From assembly GCA_008632985.1 (NCBI GenBank), contig QPGO01000056.1, positions 276,406 to 340,405 of the forward strand: a DNA stretch of 64,000 bases. Reading direction: 5' to 3'. The notes below the pieces were generated by a model, which saw only the letters and a list, made by a program, of their open reading frames with translations, ran no database searches and had not been told where the DNA came from. Below, piece by piece: positions 51,885 through 64,000 of the stretch. This DNA comes from Psammoneis japonica (taxonomy: Eukaryota). Made by a program: the position numbers and the translations under genes. Within the stretch, counting starts at the first letter, position 1. Each line of letters begins with the position of its first letter.

Positions 51885-52981
51885 TTATCCTTCAAAATTC
51901 TTTTCTTCGAATAGCATTCGTCCTATTGTAGAGCGGCACTTTTCGTAACAAGTCATGGTTATTGTTGTGGCTGGAGCGAAATGAATCACTCGAGCTCCTG
52001 CTCCACGGAACAACCCTCGCACACCACCCTCTTTGTAAGCCTGTCGCAGGCAGTCAATCACACCCCGATACAACATTGGAGCGTCCCCTTGTGCAAGGTT
52101 TCCCCGTTGAACTTGAAGACGAAGCTTCGCCATGTCGAGCGGGGAAGTCACAAAGGAAGCCAAGGCACCAGCTGTCGCACTCGTCAACACAATGTACGGA
52201 AATGGTAGCTCCAAGTTCCTTTCAGAATACCCTTTGTAACTTCTGTCATCTTTCGAAACATATTGTCGTGCCCAAGTTTTAAATCGCTCATAAAACACAA
52301 AATAAAATGCAGAGAAGGGCCCGAAGGATCCCAAAGTTGCGTAGTAGCCACGATATATTCCAGACAGTCCCTCTGTTGTAGCTATTTGTTTGACAGCATC
52401 CCAGCTCCCACGATATATTCGCTGCTGTGACGATGACATTGAACTAGAGGCTGGGTGTTGTACCTGCATTCTTTCCTTGACAACATCTACAGGTACATAA
52501 ACAATACAGGCAAGGGTTTCCGCGGTCATGCCAGATACAAAATGAACAACAAACTCAAGTGCAGTACCAGCCATTGGTTGCTTGGTTCTCGCTTCAACGG
52601 CATCCGTAAGCTTGTGCTTTACAATATCATAGCCTGTCAAATATACCACAGTACCTGGTGTGCCTCCGATGACAACAGCACTAAAACCTCGATACAACCC
52701 TCGTATTCCTTCCCTCTGAAACGTTCGAACTAAAACGTCTGTTGTTCCGCGATACGGACGTTTTGCCAAATCAGTAGCGCTGCTCGCATAAGTTGCCTGA
52801 AGCCTTGCTTTGGCCTACAAAGAAGCCAAGAAATAATGTCAGCGTATCATCTCCAAATGTAGATTGAACATGCTTTTGCTCTTGTTTGTTGACATACCGT
52901 GTCGAGAGGGTGTGTAAAGGTTCGTGCAACAATGCTTGCCGCAGCAGAGCCGAGTGCGTTCTGGATCACCGAATTGTCCAT
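51885..52981 (-). CDS. Mitochondrial carrier (SLC25) family protein, 2 exons
   Basis: Three PxDxxKxRxQ motifs (HPLDT/AKARLQ, VPVDVVKERMQ, SPLDMAKLRLQ); GT-AG intron 52897-52815. Confidence 0.93.
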
Positions 52982-53680
52982 GTTCAACACTGAAACCTTC
53001 AGATATGACCAAGAAAGTTTAAAAAAGAAAGTGTGAATTCAAGGGAGAAGGAGCGCGTTCTATGCTTTTTTCTTCCCGTCTTTTCAACTTGGTGGGTAGG
53101 TTTGCTTGGCGTCTTTGTTCACATGACACTTCACACGTACAGCACCGGCAATTTCACCGCCGCCGCCATGGCCGCAGAATTGTGTCTCGCGTGTGAGGCG
53201 CGCACGGACGTTTGCCAAGTTTGGTCCTCGGTACTTAGGCTCTCTATCTACGGTAGCGGTAGCCGGTAGCAGGTGCTAATTTTAGGTGGAGAGCTCGCTC
53301 CATACCTTGGTGCCGCTGTTGTCCAACAGGATCTCCGCAAGAACTTAGTGTCCGTCTTTCCATTGCGTTGTCCCCCTACTATAGTCCAATTCACCCGGGC
53401 CACCCTCAGCAGCAACAGTGAGGCGGCGGGGGCAATGCTGATAACGGCATGTCTCTCGGTGTCAAGCGCAGATGAACCATTTGAAACAGGGAAGAACATG
53501 GAGAACAATTTGAAATTGCGGTCCAACAATACCGCTATGGCATCGGTGGATATTAGTAAGTATCCATAGATAGAGAGAATCCATCCTACTTTAAAACTCG
53601 ATTTGATTCCGCCTCTCTCGTCGAAATCAGTCAGCATTTGCAAGTGACCGTGAGCTAGAATCTCCTGTGTCCTGTCAACA

Positions 53681-54474
53681 TCAGAGATTCGATTTGTCAG
53701 TGGATGAGTTGGGGATTGTTCCTCCTGGTGTTATTAGCTGCATAAGAGCTTTTCCTGCGGGAAGTTCCCAACATTCATCATAAAAGCCCACACGAACTCC
53801 GCCTTCGTTCTGGCTGTTGTACCAGAATTTCGTTCTCCCAATTACATCGATTCTTGGTTTCCACGGAAGCACATTCAATTCTCCCACCATGTTCCATCGA
53901 GATTGAACGTAGCCCTCCTTGTCGTTCAGCTTTATGTCCAACAAGTCGGAACGACAGTCACCGTCTCCAATCAAGAAATCGACAATGGGTCTCAAATTTT
54001 GCACATTCGATACAAATTTATCTCTTCCAACAAAAGAAATGGTGGGGTCTGTGAACTTACAACTTTCCTCAAATGCTGGCAGGTGTATGTTTCCTGTCCA
54101 CAGGTAGTTGTTTTGCACGTAGTCTTCTTGGATCTTCTCTAGCAAGTCCATCGGTGTCGAGGGGGGAGGGGAGAGTGGTGAAAGAGCCTCGTCATCCATT
54201 TGACTGGACTTGTTCATGTCCATGAAGAAATTCACAAATCCTGTCAACGATGACACGACGCCCTTTGACGACGTATCGGAATTCTCATAGGAAGACATTG
54301 GTCGCTTCGTTTCTCACTCGAAAGGATGCCACTGCGTCGCAATCGAAGCGCCTGCTGTGGACGGTTTGTTCCAGAATCAAAACCAAAAGAAATGCATGGA
54401 ACAACAAGAGAGAAGAATAAAGCCAGGCAGGAAAATGAGGTCGATCCCCTCTTGAGGGCCGTTGTCGTCGCCAT
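53681..54474 (-). CDS. DUF2358 / SnoaL-like protein with a signal peptide (one apparent frameshift at ~54310)
   Basis: NYLWTG, CKFTDPTISFVG, SRWNMVGELNVLPWKPRIDVIGRT, FYDECW; hydrophobic leader CLALFFSLVVPCISF. Confidence 0.75.
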
Positions 54475-54649
54475 CGTTGTAAGTCGACCGCCGACGGAAT
54501 GCAAAAAAAGCAAAAACACATCATAATAACGGGCGTGAAAAGAAACGAGAAACCAAAACGAGCGAGAAAGGTTTGGACGTGCGTGAATGAAATGCTGAGT
54601 CACGTCACATCCTGCCATCCGGGCGGGGGCAAGACGAAAAAAAGCGAGC

Positions 54650-57600
54650 ATGCATTTTGCCCTGCAGAACCATGATGTGTTGAAGAGTTTTTTCTGGCTC
54701 AAAACAACAACACGCTCAAATTGGTGCAGCCAATTGTGGCACCTTGCTGACTTAGAAAAATGTGGCATCTCTGAGGTGCTTTGTTGTGAATTCTCAAAGG
54801 AGTGCCGTGCGCCCCAGCATGTGTTGGAATTTCGCAGCTTGCTGGCCAGTGTGCGTTGGTCTCACCCACCCCAAACTCACCACCAGCATCCACCATGTGG
54901 CTTGCAAACACGTTGTTCTCCCCACAATGATGTCAACCACTGTTGCTGTGCCAGCCATGTGCAGAAGCCCAAAAGTGAGATCACAAGACCCCCCCACAAC
55001 TCACCCGAGTTGTGAGCGCGGGGGGTCAACACGTTGCCCATGATCATCAGCGCATCTTGCACAGCCACATTGTCTGTCTCTCCTGCATGAGCCACTTCTT
55101 ATCCCAGTGCTCCAACAGCAGAGGTGCATGACAAGCTTGAGAATGTGCAGCTTTGTGTGGGTGGCCGACGGGAAAAACTCTCATTGAGAGTTTGCGCTGG
55201 CTGACAACGTCAATTCTGTCACATCAAAATGGACCCCATGCATTGCCACTCATGCTGTGTGCTTGTTCATTGTGACTTTGTGCCTTGTCATGCTTTGCTG
55301 TTGCATGTGTGCCATCTTTCCACTCTGCTCTTTTGTTCTGTGGGGTCTCCATCATTGTGAGCCATGCCGGAGACAGATTTTTCCCAGACAAGAGTTGTCA
55401 TCTCTGCTGCATGGTGTCCACAGCAATCCAACAATGAGGCCAAGTCACAGACACAGCATCAGGAAGAGCTCATGACAAATGCATTAACTTGGAGCTGCAA
55501 GGTTTCAAAAGCTGGGCAAGCTCTCAAGAGCTCCAGTCGTCTGTCATCGCACACTTTTGACCAGAGAGTTTGCTCTGATTCTGTCTGTTGACATGTGGAA
55601 TTTTGCTCGGCAGACAAATGCATCATGGCAACTCTGTGAAGTTGTGGACTGTTTCTTTTGGCTGCTCACAAGCTGGAAATCTGCAACCTTTTTTGCATCA
55701 TTTGTCAGCTGGTGCCACAATGTCAGTGAAACAAACTGACAGCTGAGTTGTGTGCAGCACCTGCCTTGACAATCCACTGCACTGTCAGCTTTTGCTTGGA
55801 ACACAAAAAATCAGCCACACTTGCCTTGTTCTGTCACAAAGGAAACTGTTGAGCTGTTCTTGGCTTGTTTGTGTTGTTCAGCCCCAATCAAATGACCTGT
55901 TGGACACAGTCCCATGAGCAAGTCACACATTTCCTGATTTGGCAGATCTCATTCTTTCACTGAATGCCAGCCAGATTGATGTGCTTCTCTTGTGCAGCAG
56001 AAACCAGACCATCTGGCACACCTTTTGCACAGAACCACTGCCATGCTCCAAATGGGGCCAATTTGACTTGGCTTGCACTTGGGTGACTGCAAGCAGTCCA
56101 AGTCAGGCACACCCACAAGGTTTGTGATTTTTGTCAACAACTTGATGGGACACAGGATGCGCACCACAGCATTCATCTTTGCACCATGTGTTGGTGAGTG
56201 GCTGACACAAGCCAGATTTTCAGGATCACAATCTTCAGCATTTTCAGCTTTTTCTCATCTCCAGCAACATGGGTTGCTTGCACCCCATTTGATGCCCCGC
56301 CTCAACCAACTGACTCCACTCTTTGTCAACAAGAAAACTGTGAAGCAAGGCTTGCAACCCAAGGCCTGCCAACAATGATGCCCTTGCCATCCAAAAAATG
56401 TGGGCCACCAGGCCATGAATGAGCTGTTGCCTTGCAGCTGTTGTTCCTGTCCAGTGGTCTTTTGGCGCATGTTCAAGGTTTTCTCAGGCATTGCGCGTGT
56501 TTGATGTGGAGATCCTGCATTTCAAATGCTTGGCTGGCTGCTGGCCTGCACACACATCAATGTGCCAAGCTCATCAATGTTGTTGCTTGCATCACATTTT
56601 TAAGTGGGAGGGCCCTGTGTCACCTGGTGGGAGCAAAAGGCTCACCCTGATTCCCACAAGCTTTGTGCAAAATAGAGCACATTTTTGTCCACCATGACTT
56701 CCTCTGCCCTGTGAGTTGTGAGTCAGTGATTGTTGCTCCATTGCATTGCTGCAATGTCATCAACCATGGCTTCATCCTCTCCAAGTTCTTGTGGCCAGGC
56801 AATGTGAAGATTGGCTTGCTCAAAGTGCACAGGCACACACCACCACATGCAAGTTTTTGCACACACCATCATGACTCCAGGACCACATGTGCAAACAGCC
56901 ATTTTTCACTGCAGGCATCACAGTCAAATGTGCCATTGCACTCTGTCAACAGTGTGCATTTGTTTTACTCTCTTTTTGTGCTTTTTAATTGTTGCTGATT
57001 TGTTTGCAGTGTTCCCACACATGTGCCAGCAGAAGGCTCTGCAGCATTGGCGTGCAATGTCAAAATGACAATTGACCAGTGTTGCACCCTGGTTGTGCTC
57101 TTCTCAGGCAATCAATGTTGTTGGTTTTCATGGTCATCATCTCACAACAATTTCTCAAAAACAGTGTCTGTCACTTCTTGTGGAGGCTCATCTTGGTCAG
57201 CTGCCCTGCACTTGGCGGCACCACTGCTGTGTGTTGTTGTGGTGCACTTGTCAAGTGTGCAAGACTTGCCACATCATTCTTTCCTTTAGGAAAACATCAG
57301 AAGTTACAGCCATGCACCAGCACATCAACAGGAGCTGAAAGAAGAGTGCTGCAGCAACAAGGCAATTTGCTGCAAAAGAGCAAGCAAGATGCCAACAGCC
57401 CAAATGGACAATTTCCAAATTTTGGGGTCACTCAATTCGCTGTTTTTGTGCATGTCAGAGGGGCTCCACAAGCCCGCACCATGCAATGCTGCTGGCCACA
57501 GTGCATTGTGCACAGCTTGCACCCTGAAGATGTTGGCGGCATTTGCCTTGCTCTCCTGCCACAACAACAACATCCCCTGCATCTCCTCGCACATCATGCA

Positions 57601-57985
57601 TCTGGTGATTGATGCATGTTACAGTCCCCAGCCCTCCTCCTCTTCCAGCTCCTGGCTTGCCTGCCCCAGCCCAAAACCCTTTTGCCTTGACCAATGGTCC
57701 TGGTGCTCATCTGAGCTGCATGCCCAGCTCTCTTCCGCCTCCTTCTTGCGCTGAACTTGCAACTTTGTTCTTGCCCCGGGCAAATGTTCTTTGTTCCAAG
57801 CAGTGCTCGGGGCTTTGAGGTTTGAGTCGGCGCCAAAATCTCTCCCCTGTTTTTGCGAGGCACGGCCGTCACTGCCATGTGATGCATGGTTTGGTCCATG
57901 TGGTGTTGGCCTCACGTCTTCATTTTGCCAACGACAACATGTCCACATTTTTTGTCCATTTGTCCAAATCCAAAAAAGGAACGTC
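54650..57985. repeat. Unclassified, heavily TpA/CpG-depleted TE relic
   Basis: Abrupt loss of TpA relative to the adjacent gene; no confidently recognised domain. Confidence 0.5.
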
Positions 57986-57989
57986 CACT

Positions 57990-58356
57990 TGCACTATGCT
58001 CGAAGAACGAGTGTAAACGAAAGTAGAATAGTGTACGAAAAGTGGAAATTATGAGATTAAATTTTGCTCTGTGATTTTTGGTTTCTCCGAACGAGTTCTC
58101 AATGGCCTAAAGCTTCTGCACTGCTTCTACAGACAAAAGGCCTTTCGGAGAATATATTCGTGACAACAGATTGTCCGGATACGATTGCTATTGACACGTA
58201 AGATGTCAACATCGTCAATCGATCGTATTTGCAATTCTCGACATCCGATCAACTCTGTGTGATCGTTCTGTCCTTTGTACGCATCCACGACTGTGGTACG
58301 ATTGACATATAAATAATATATAATCATAAATATGTATATAACAGTCGCATACTGCA
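57990..58356 (-). repeat. 3' LTR (367 bp, mostly TpA-intact)
   Basis: Direct repeat of 62348-62715. Confidence 0.95.
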
Positions 58357-61300
58357 TTCGCCTCCCTAATTGCACATTAGAGTCATTTGTAAGTGGATTA
58401 TTCGACGGACATCGACAGTGTCAATAATGTCTCCACTTTCACTGTATTGTGCCATTAGCAATGACTGTTGTTGTTTTGTATAGGCAATATAGGGCCGTTC
58501 CAATTTCCGAATGTCTTTTGAGAGTGACATTGTTTGTTTCTCACTTAATATGTATATATAGTATTACGTCGAGTATTCTCATTGACGTTCTTGTTGATAT
58601 GAACACAAGGACTAATTGTCCTGGAGTAAGTGTTTTTCCTGATATCGATTGTACATAGCATCGTGCCCAGTACTTAATGTACGCTCTTAATTATGGCGTT
58701 CACTTACTTACTTGTGGATTTCATGTAGTTTGGCGGGCTTACTTTATATGCCATATTGCTCTGCTGCACTACCACGTTTCATAAGTAATAATAAACGATG
58801 GTCAAAGATATTATGACCATTTCGTCTTGATAATCAATCCTGTGATGGTTATGAATTCCATTATGGATTTTTTTTTTGTACTTCAACCATCTATCAGTTG
58901 GATTTTAATCGTTATTTGGACGTTTCTTTCTGACATACCGGTGTTATTTTGTCATTCCGAAGGCAGTGGTTTCGTGCACTAAGTGGATAAATGTCCATTT
59001 TTCTTTTCTTTTTCTAGATCTTTGGCACATCTCGTGTGTCGACATGATGTATATTTTAATGTCTTGCCTCGTACATTGTACAATACAACCGTACGGGTGT
59101 TGTGAGATTGTCTTTTGCCAGTGTGAAGTGGATACGTATAATGTATACCAATCTGTCACTGTTTTTTCCTAAATCGTCCTTTAAAAAGGCGATTTTATCC
59201 TTGTGACATGAGCATTTTTCGATCTCGCTCGCCTCCACGAAAAGTGTTCGTATGATATGTCGCGTCCGACAATTTGGAGGGAATGTCTTTATCCCGTTTT
59301 AACGGTAGGACATTGTCGTAGGATTCAATTTTCTATAGTAAGTCGGCTGATCGCGTCTATCGCGACGATGTTCGCCTTGCCCTCGTTGTATTCTAATTCG
59401 GGACTGAAGTTGTCAACGTATGACTTTGTCCGTTGTGTCTTATGATCCGTATATGTATAAATCTGTTGGCCAAACAGTATATTTCGGAATTTTATAAGTG
59501 TTTTCACTATGGACAGAAGTTCTTTTTTCCGTTGTAACGTATAATATTGAAATGCGTGTATGATAACAATATAGTTTTTGATTTGATACGCTCCATATTT
59601 TCGGAGACTTTTCGTTCCGTACTTGTACTTTTGCCGTTTGACCTTTATTGAGGTGAATTTGGCTAGTATTGTACAGGAGATCATTGAGACTACATGTCTC
59701 GATAATAGTAACGTATGACAACGAGATGTCGTAGTGTTCTTTACGTTTTTCTCGTGTTGCGATTGCTTGAATCGCCTCCATTTTCTTTGCAATCGATTGC
59801 ATGTCGTTACGCATGGAAGTCTTGATAGTTTATTTCAAGTTAAATAGTGAAGGACTTTTGTTGTTAACCTTCTAAGCGACTGTTCTAGTCGTTTGAATGC
59901 CGTATTAAGCTGTTGCTTGTACAGGTGATATTTTGAAGTTACTTTTGTCAGGCACAAACGATCACATATAGTCGTTCTGACAACTTCAAACCTGTTATGA
60001 GTTCACTCAAGTGTTGTATAAAAATATCTGGGGCTCTATAGATTCTCATTGGAAGTCCATAGTACTCATTTTCTCCCCACGGCATGATTTTCGTGTGAGC
60101 ACGACGTGTGCTTTTTTTTATTTGACATGGTGGCATTCCATGTTTGAATCAAATAGATTACATATATGAAACGTTCTTGCTTCAATAGCATTTCCTGAAC
60201 ATTGGGTAAAGGGTGCACCACCTGTATGAACCTCACACTAAGCTTCTGAGTGTCGGATGCGGTCGAACTCGACCTGTTTTCTTTAGACAATGAGTCTCAG
60301 AGCGACTTGTTCAGAGTGATTTCATTCTTGAGACTTCAATCTTTCATAATAGGTCAAACTCCTTTTGATTGGACGCCTCCAAAGACTATGACAGGAGAAG
60401 GTTCTCTCGCGTCGTGGAATCGCGTCAGATTTTCCACGATGAGATCCACTGATGCTTCCCGTGCATTCGTCTGAGGAACTTTTCAAAACGATTTCAACCT
60501 CTTGAGAAGAAGATTGAGTTGGTTGTGTTCATTTGGGTTAGATGCATCGCCGCAGTTGTCACTTGATTAAGATCGATGGCGTGACAATGTGAGTCGAGGA
60601 CCATTGGTTCCGTCATCAACTCCATTCACGGCGTCACATTTTTCAATGTGATCGGTTTTCAGCTTGAAAACATCGGCATCGAAGAGTGTGTGAACATTCT
60701 TCATAAGGCAATTGCTTCTTCCCATTAGATTTCTGCATTTGCGCAGTCCAACATGACTTGCAGGACTGGACATTAAGTCGCGTCCCATGATCATGTCATT
60801 TGAACCTGAAGAAAATTTGGTGTTTTCAACACACACTGTTTGAATGTCAGCATGCCTTAAATTTCGCACAGTGAGAACTGAATTCGGTGTTTGCCATCAG
60901 TCGTAAAGAGCTCACCCTTGGTTTCCCAAGTTTTTGGTGGCGGATTCTTGTGTTCTCAACTTTCGCACGAATTTGCGCAAAATTGTGGTTGACGATGTTC
61001 CGTCATCGATGGGAACACGTAGATGCTTTTTTTTTTCTCCTTTCCCAAGGAAGCATTCATGTAAATGATGACTCCTGGACCAGTGTGAATTATTTCTGCC
61101 TTTTTTCTAGGCTTCCCAATGTCCAGTGAAGCACACAATTCGTGAATGGACCAAAATCATTCTTCGGATTCAGTCTGGATCATCCGATCAAATTGGTGTT
61201 TTTCATCACTGAGGGTGTCAGAATCTGATTCTTTGCCCTTGTGCTCTTTTTCTTTGTTCAAGGAACTCGCTTTGAGCATTTTTTGAACCGCCCAATCAAT

Positions 61301-62347
61301 CATGATGTTCATCTCTTTTTTTGCGAGCGGCATTTTCGTTGTCGCAACGCGACCGCGTGCGATTGCCATTTGAACGGCGCATTTTTGGGTCTCTTTCAGA
61401 GTCACCCTTGCACTCTTTTGCTAGTTCATTTTTAGAACAGCTTCAATCCGTGATGTGGGTGTTCTTTTTTCAAAGATGAGACCTTGCATTCACTTTGGAT
61501 TGTTCTGGCACCATGTGGGAGACCATTTTTGGAACCAAATTTGGAACCTTTTTTTATTTTGGAACCAACTGCGCTGTCAGAGCCTGAGTTGACATGTTTT
61601 TTCATCACGGACGTCATGAACGACCTTTAGATGACTCAAAACTTAATCAGCTCATCAAGGATGAGTTGCAACAGTTGATTGTTTTGGACAGTAGACTGAT
61701 GCTGCCATCCTTGCGGTGCGAGTGATGGCTGACAAATCAGCGCTCGGTTTCCCGCTAGATTCGACTTAGAATCCATCTGAGGGTCGCGTGGACTCTCATC
61801 GTTGACCTCTTGGGTCCAACAGAGGCTTTCTCGCTGTCAAGCAGCTCTGGTTTCTTCAGGTCGTCTCGAAAATAATTTGCCTGATTCTGAAGTGCATTTC
61901 CTCGGAGGACATGAGTTGTGAGATGCTTGAGGCACTTTCCAACGATTCCCTCTTGCTCCTTGGACTCGAGGATCATCGATTCGGTCTCAAAAAACTCTCC
62001 AACAGTCTCTCCTTGCATGGCAGACGCATTTCTCGGATCTGATCGACTCGGAACTTGCATTCTCTGCAACCATGACTTGGTGTAGATTTTTTGATGATGC
62101 AGTGTGCTTGAGAGCCCTTGATCCTTGGGTGCTTGGAACAGACCGTGTTGGAGCGAATCCTCTTGTCTGGCAGACGAAAAACAGCGTTCCATCTTGAGGC
62201 ACTGCTCGGCTTGAGCTTCTTCCGCTCGGAAATCGATTCCAGCAGAACTGGTGCGATTCATTCCTGTTTGTAGAAGAATTTGCAAAGGCACATCAGTTAA
62301 AATTTTCATTTTCCGTGCTTTTTACCTTCTGTGGTGTGCACACACAA

Positions 62348-62715
62348 TGCACTGTGCTCGAAGAACGAGTGTGGGACGAAAGTAGAACAGTGTGCGAAAA
62401 GTGGAAATTATGAGATTAAATTTTGCTCTGTGATTTTTGGTTTCTCCGAACGAGTTCTCAATGGCCTAAAGCTTCTGCACTGCTTCTACAGACAAAAGGC
62501 CTTTCGGAGAATGTGTTCGTGACAACAGATTGTCCGGATGCGATTGCTGTTGACACGTAAGATGTCAACATCGTCAATCGATCGTATTTGCAATTCTCGA
62601 CATCCGATCAACTCTGTGTGATCGTTCTGTCCTTTGTACGCATCCACGACTGTGGTGCGATTGACACACAAATAACATGCAATCATAAATGTGCACACAA
62701 CAGTCGCACACTGCA
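62348..62715 (-). repeat. 5' LTR (368 bp, TpA-mutated)
   Basis: Direct repeat of 57990-58356. Confidence 0.95.
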
Positions 62716-63539
62716 CACTTTTTCGACATCCGGGTCTTTTTTTGGGTGCTGAAACTTACGTTCAAAGCTGCACGCGCACTTGTGGTACAAGAGTTACGTA
62801 CGTGCTGTCCATGCATTGGTTTTTCCACGGCGCTTTTTCCATGCGGCACATGGCATGGGGGATTCCCATCTGTGAAGTGATAATTTGGTGTGAAGTGATC
62901 ACGCAGAATTGCACGTGTTTTTTCTAGTGCTGAAATTCTGATCAGAACGCCACCAACTTGTGTTGTGATTCATCAATGGATGCAATCATTTGCACACAAA
63001 TCGCCACAGTAAAGTTTGCCGTCGAGTTCCAGATGAGAGAAAAATCTTTCCCTCCATCTCATCTCTCATCTCTCCTCCACTCAACTTCTCGCCGAGAAAA
63101 AAAAAAACGCAAAAACCGTCATCCCGACTCGTCGACCATGGCGCTCTAGTTCCGAGCCTGTCGTCCATGCTGTTGAGCTGTTGACACACCATTCGATTCG
63201 CAAGAGTCGACACAACAAGAGACTGTGCGCAGCATGTGCGCAATGCATTGTCGCACTGTTTTTTTCTGTCATTGTCGACGTACATCCCAGCAGTGATTTT
63301 GCATGAGGTTTGAATTTTACAATGATCCGTGTGCAACAATCAGCTCGACATAAATTTCAAAAACACCCACAACATAAAGCAGACTTGTCTTACAACAGCA
63401 ATCTGTGTTTGCCACCATGTGCATTCATCCTCAGTGTGTTGACACTGTCACTGCTCCTTCACCGGCGGATGCATTCAAACCTTTGGAAAAAGCCAAGGCG
63501 AAAGGTAGAGCAAAGGGAACGAAATGCCCACGTGTGGAG

Positions 63540-64000
63540 AAGTCTTTGAAGTTTCACATTCTTGTGGACTTCTGTGCAAACGGCAATGGAGTTTCTTCAA
63601 GCCATTGCTGCAAGAATGTCCACCCCGAGCACAGCACCCGTTGCAACACCCTGAATCGGGCATGGGGACAAAGTGGACTTCGTCGTCTTCATCAAGAAAG
63701 TGCTTCAGTGGAGAAAGCACAAGAAGCCATTTGCAACTGTTTTGGAGCGAAAGACAAGAAGGCAAAGGAGGCAATCACTGCCTTGCACAAGGGGAATGGA
63801 ATTCTCACTGACGACGAAGAGCAGCATGTTGTTGAAGTTTGCTGCTGGTTGGGTCAGATGGGATGCGGAGTGTCAAAGGACACCATTCTTGATGTTGTGA
63901 ATGACTTGGCCAATGAGTGCATTGATGAGCGTGAAAAACCATCTGTGTCTGATTGTTTTGTGTGCTCCATGCTCCAACGCCATCCAAAGCTGGCAAAACT
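63540..64000 (+). mobile_element. pogo/Fot1-like transposase N-terminus (CENP-B-type HTH), degenerate, runs off the window
   Basis: LTDDEEQHVVEVCCWLGQMGCGVSKDTILDVVNDL...SMLQRHPKL. Confidence 0.6.

Larger units (their letters stand above)
57990..62715 (-). mobile_element. Non-autonomous Ty3/Gypsy LTR retrotransposon
   Basis: TG...CA LTRs; 4-bp TSD CACT (57986-89 and 62716-19); PPT agggaggcgaa next to the 3' LTR; broken protease (DMIMGRDLM), RT (YYGLPM...PDIF) and RNase H (ELLSIVKTLIKFRNILFGQQIYTYTDHK). Confidence 0.92.

Noticed and set aside
53248..53643. 131-aa ORF between the carrier and DUF2358-like genes
   Set aside because: Non-ATG start and no recognisable motif, so support is insufficient.
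54650..57985. hAT/MULE transposase assignment
   Set aside because: Only vague motif resemblance after heavy mutation, and no TIRs or TSD identified.
57990..62715. Classical RIP (CpA>TpA), ADAR editing or RT error as the cause of LTR divergence
   Set aside because: Conserved Tyr motifs elsewhere show TA is ancestral. Changes occur on both strands and differ between LTRs, which pre-integration events would not produce.

Overview
Eukaryotic nuclear DNA, most likely from a pennate diatom (inferred from short GT-AG introns, diatom-type Copia/Gypsy/CRE/Ngaro elements, a GH161 phosphorylase and a diatom-type STAND ATPase). Blocks of transposon relics (~1-13 kb, ~26-36 kb, ~47.8-50.6 kb, ~54.6-64 kb) alternate with islands of host genes: a CUE+TM+Cys-rich protein, a GH161 beta-1,3-glucan phosphorylase, a STAND ATPase, a mitochondrial carrier and a DUF2358-like protein. 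The main signal is an apparent repeat-targeted hypermutation that is the mirror image of fungal RIP. Repeats have lost TpA through TA>TG and TA>CA changes on both strands, preferring 5'-TAY-3'. The two LTRs of one Gypsy insertion differ at 18 simple substitutions by manual count, and all 18 fit this rule. Catalytic tyrosines of RT and tyrosine recombinase are converted to His, while the single-copy genes keep TpA. A ~446-bp TRIM with a tRNA-like Pol III promoter is nested in the terminal repeats of a Ngaro element. Family assignments come from recalled motifs, not database searches. Coordinates were read by eye.
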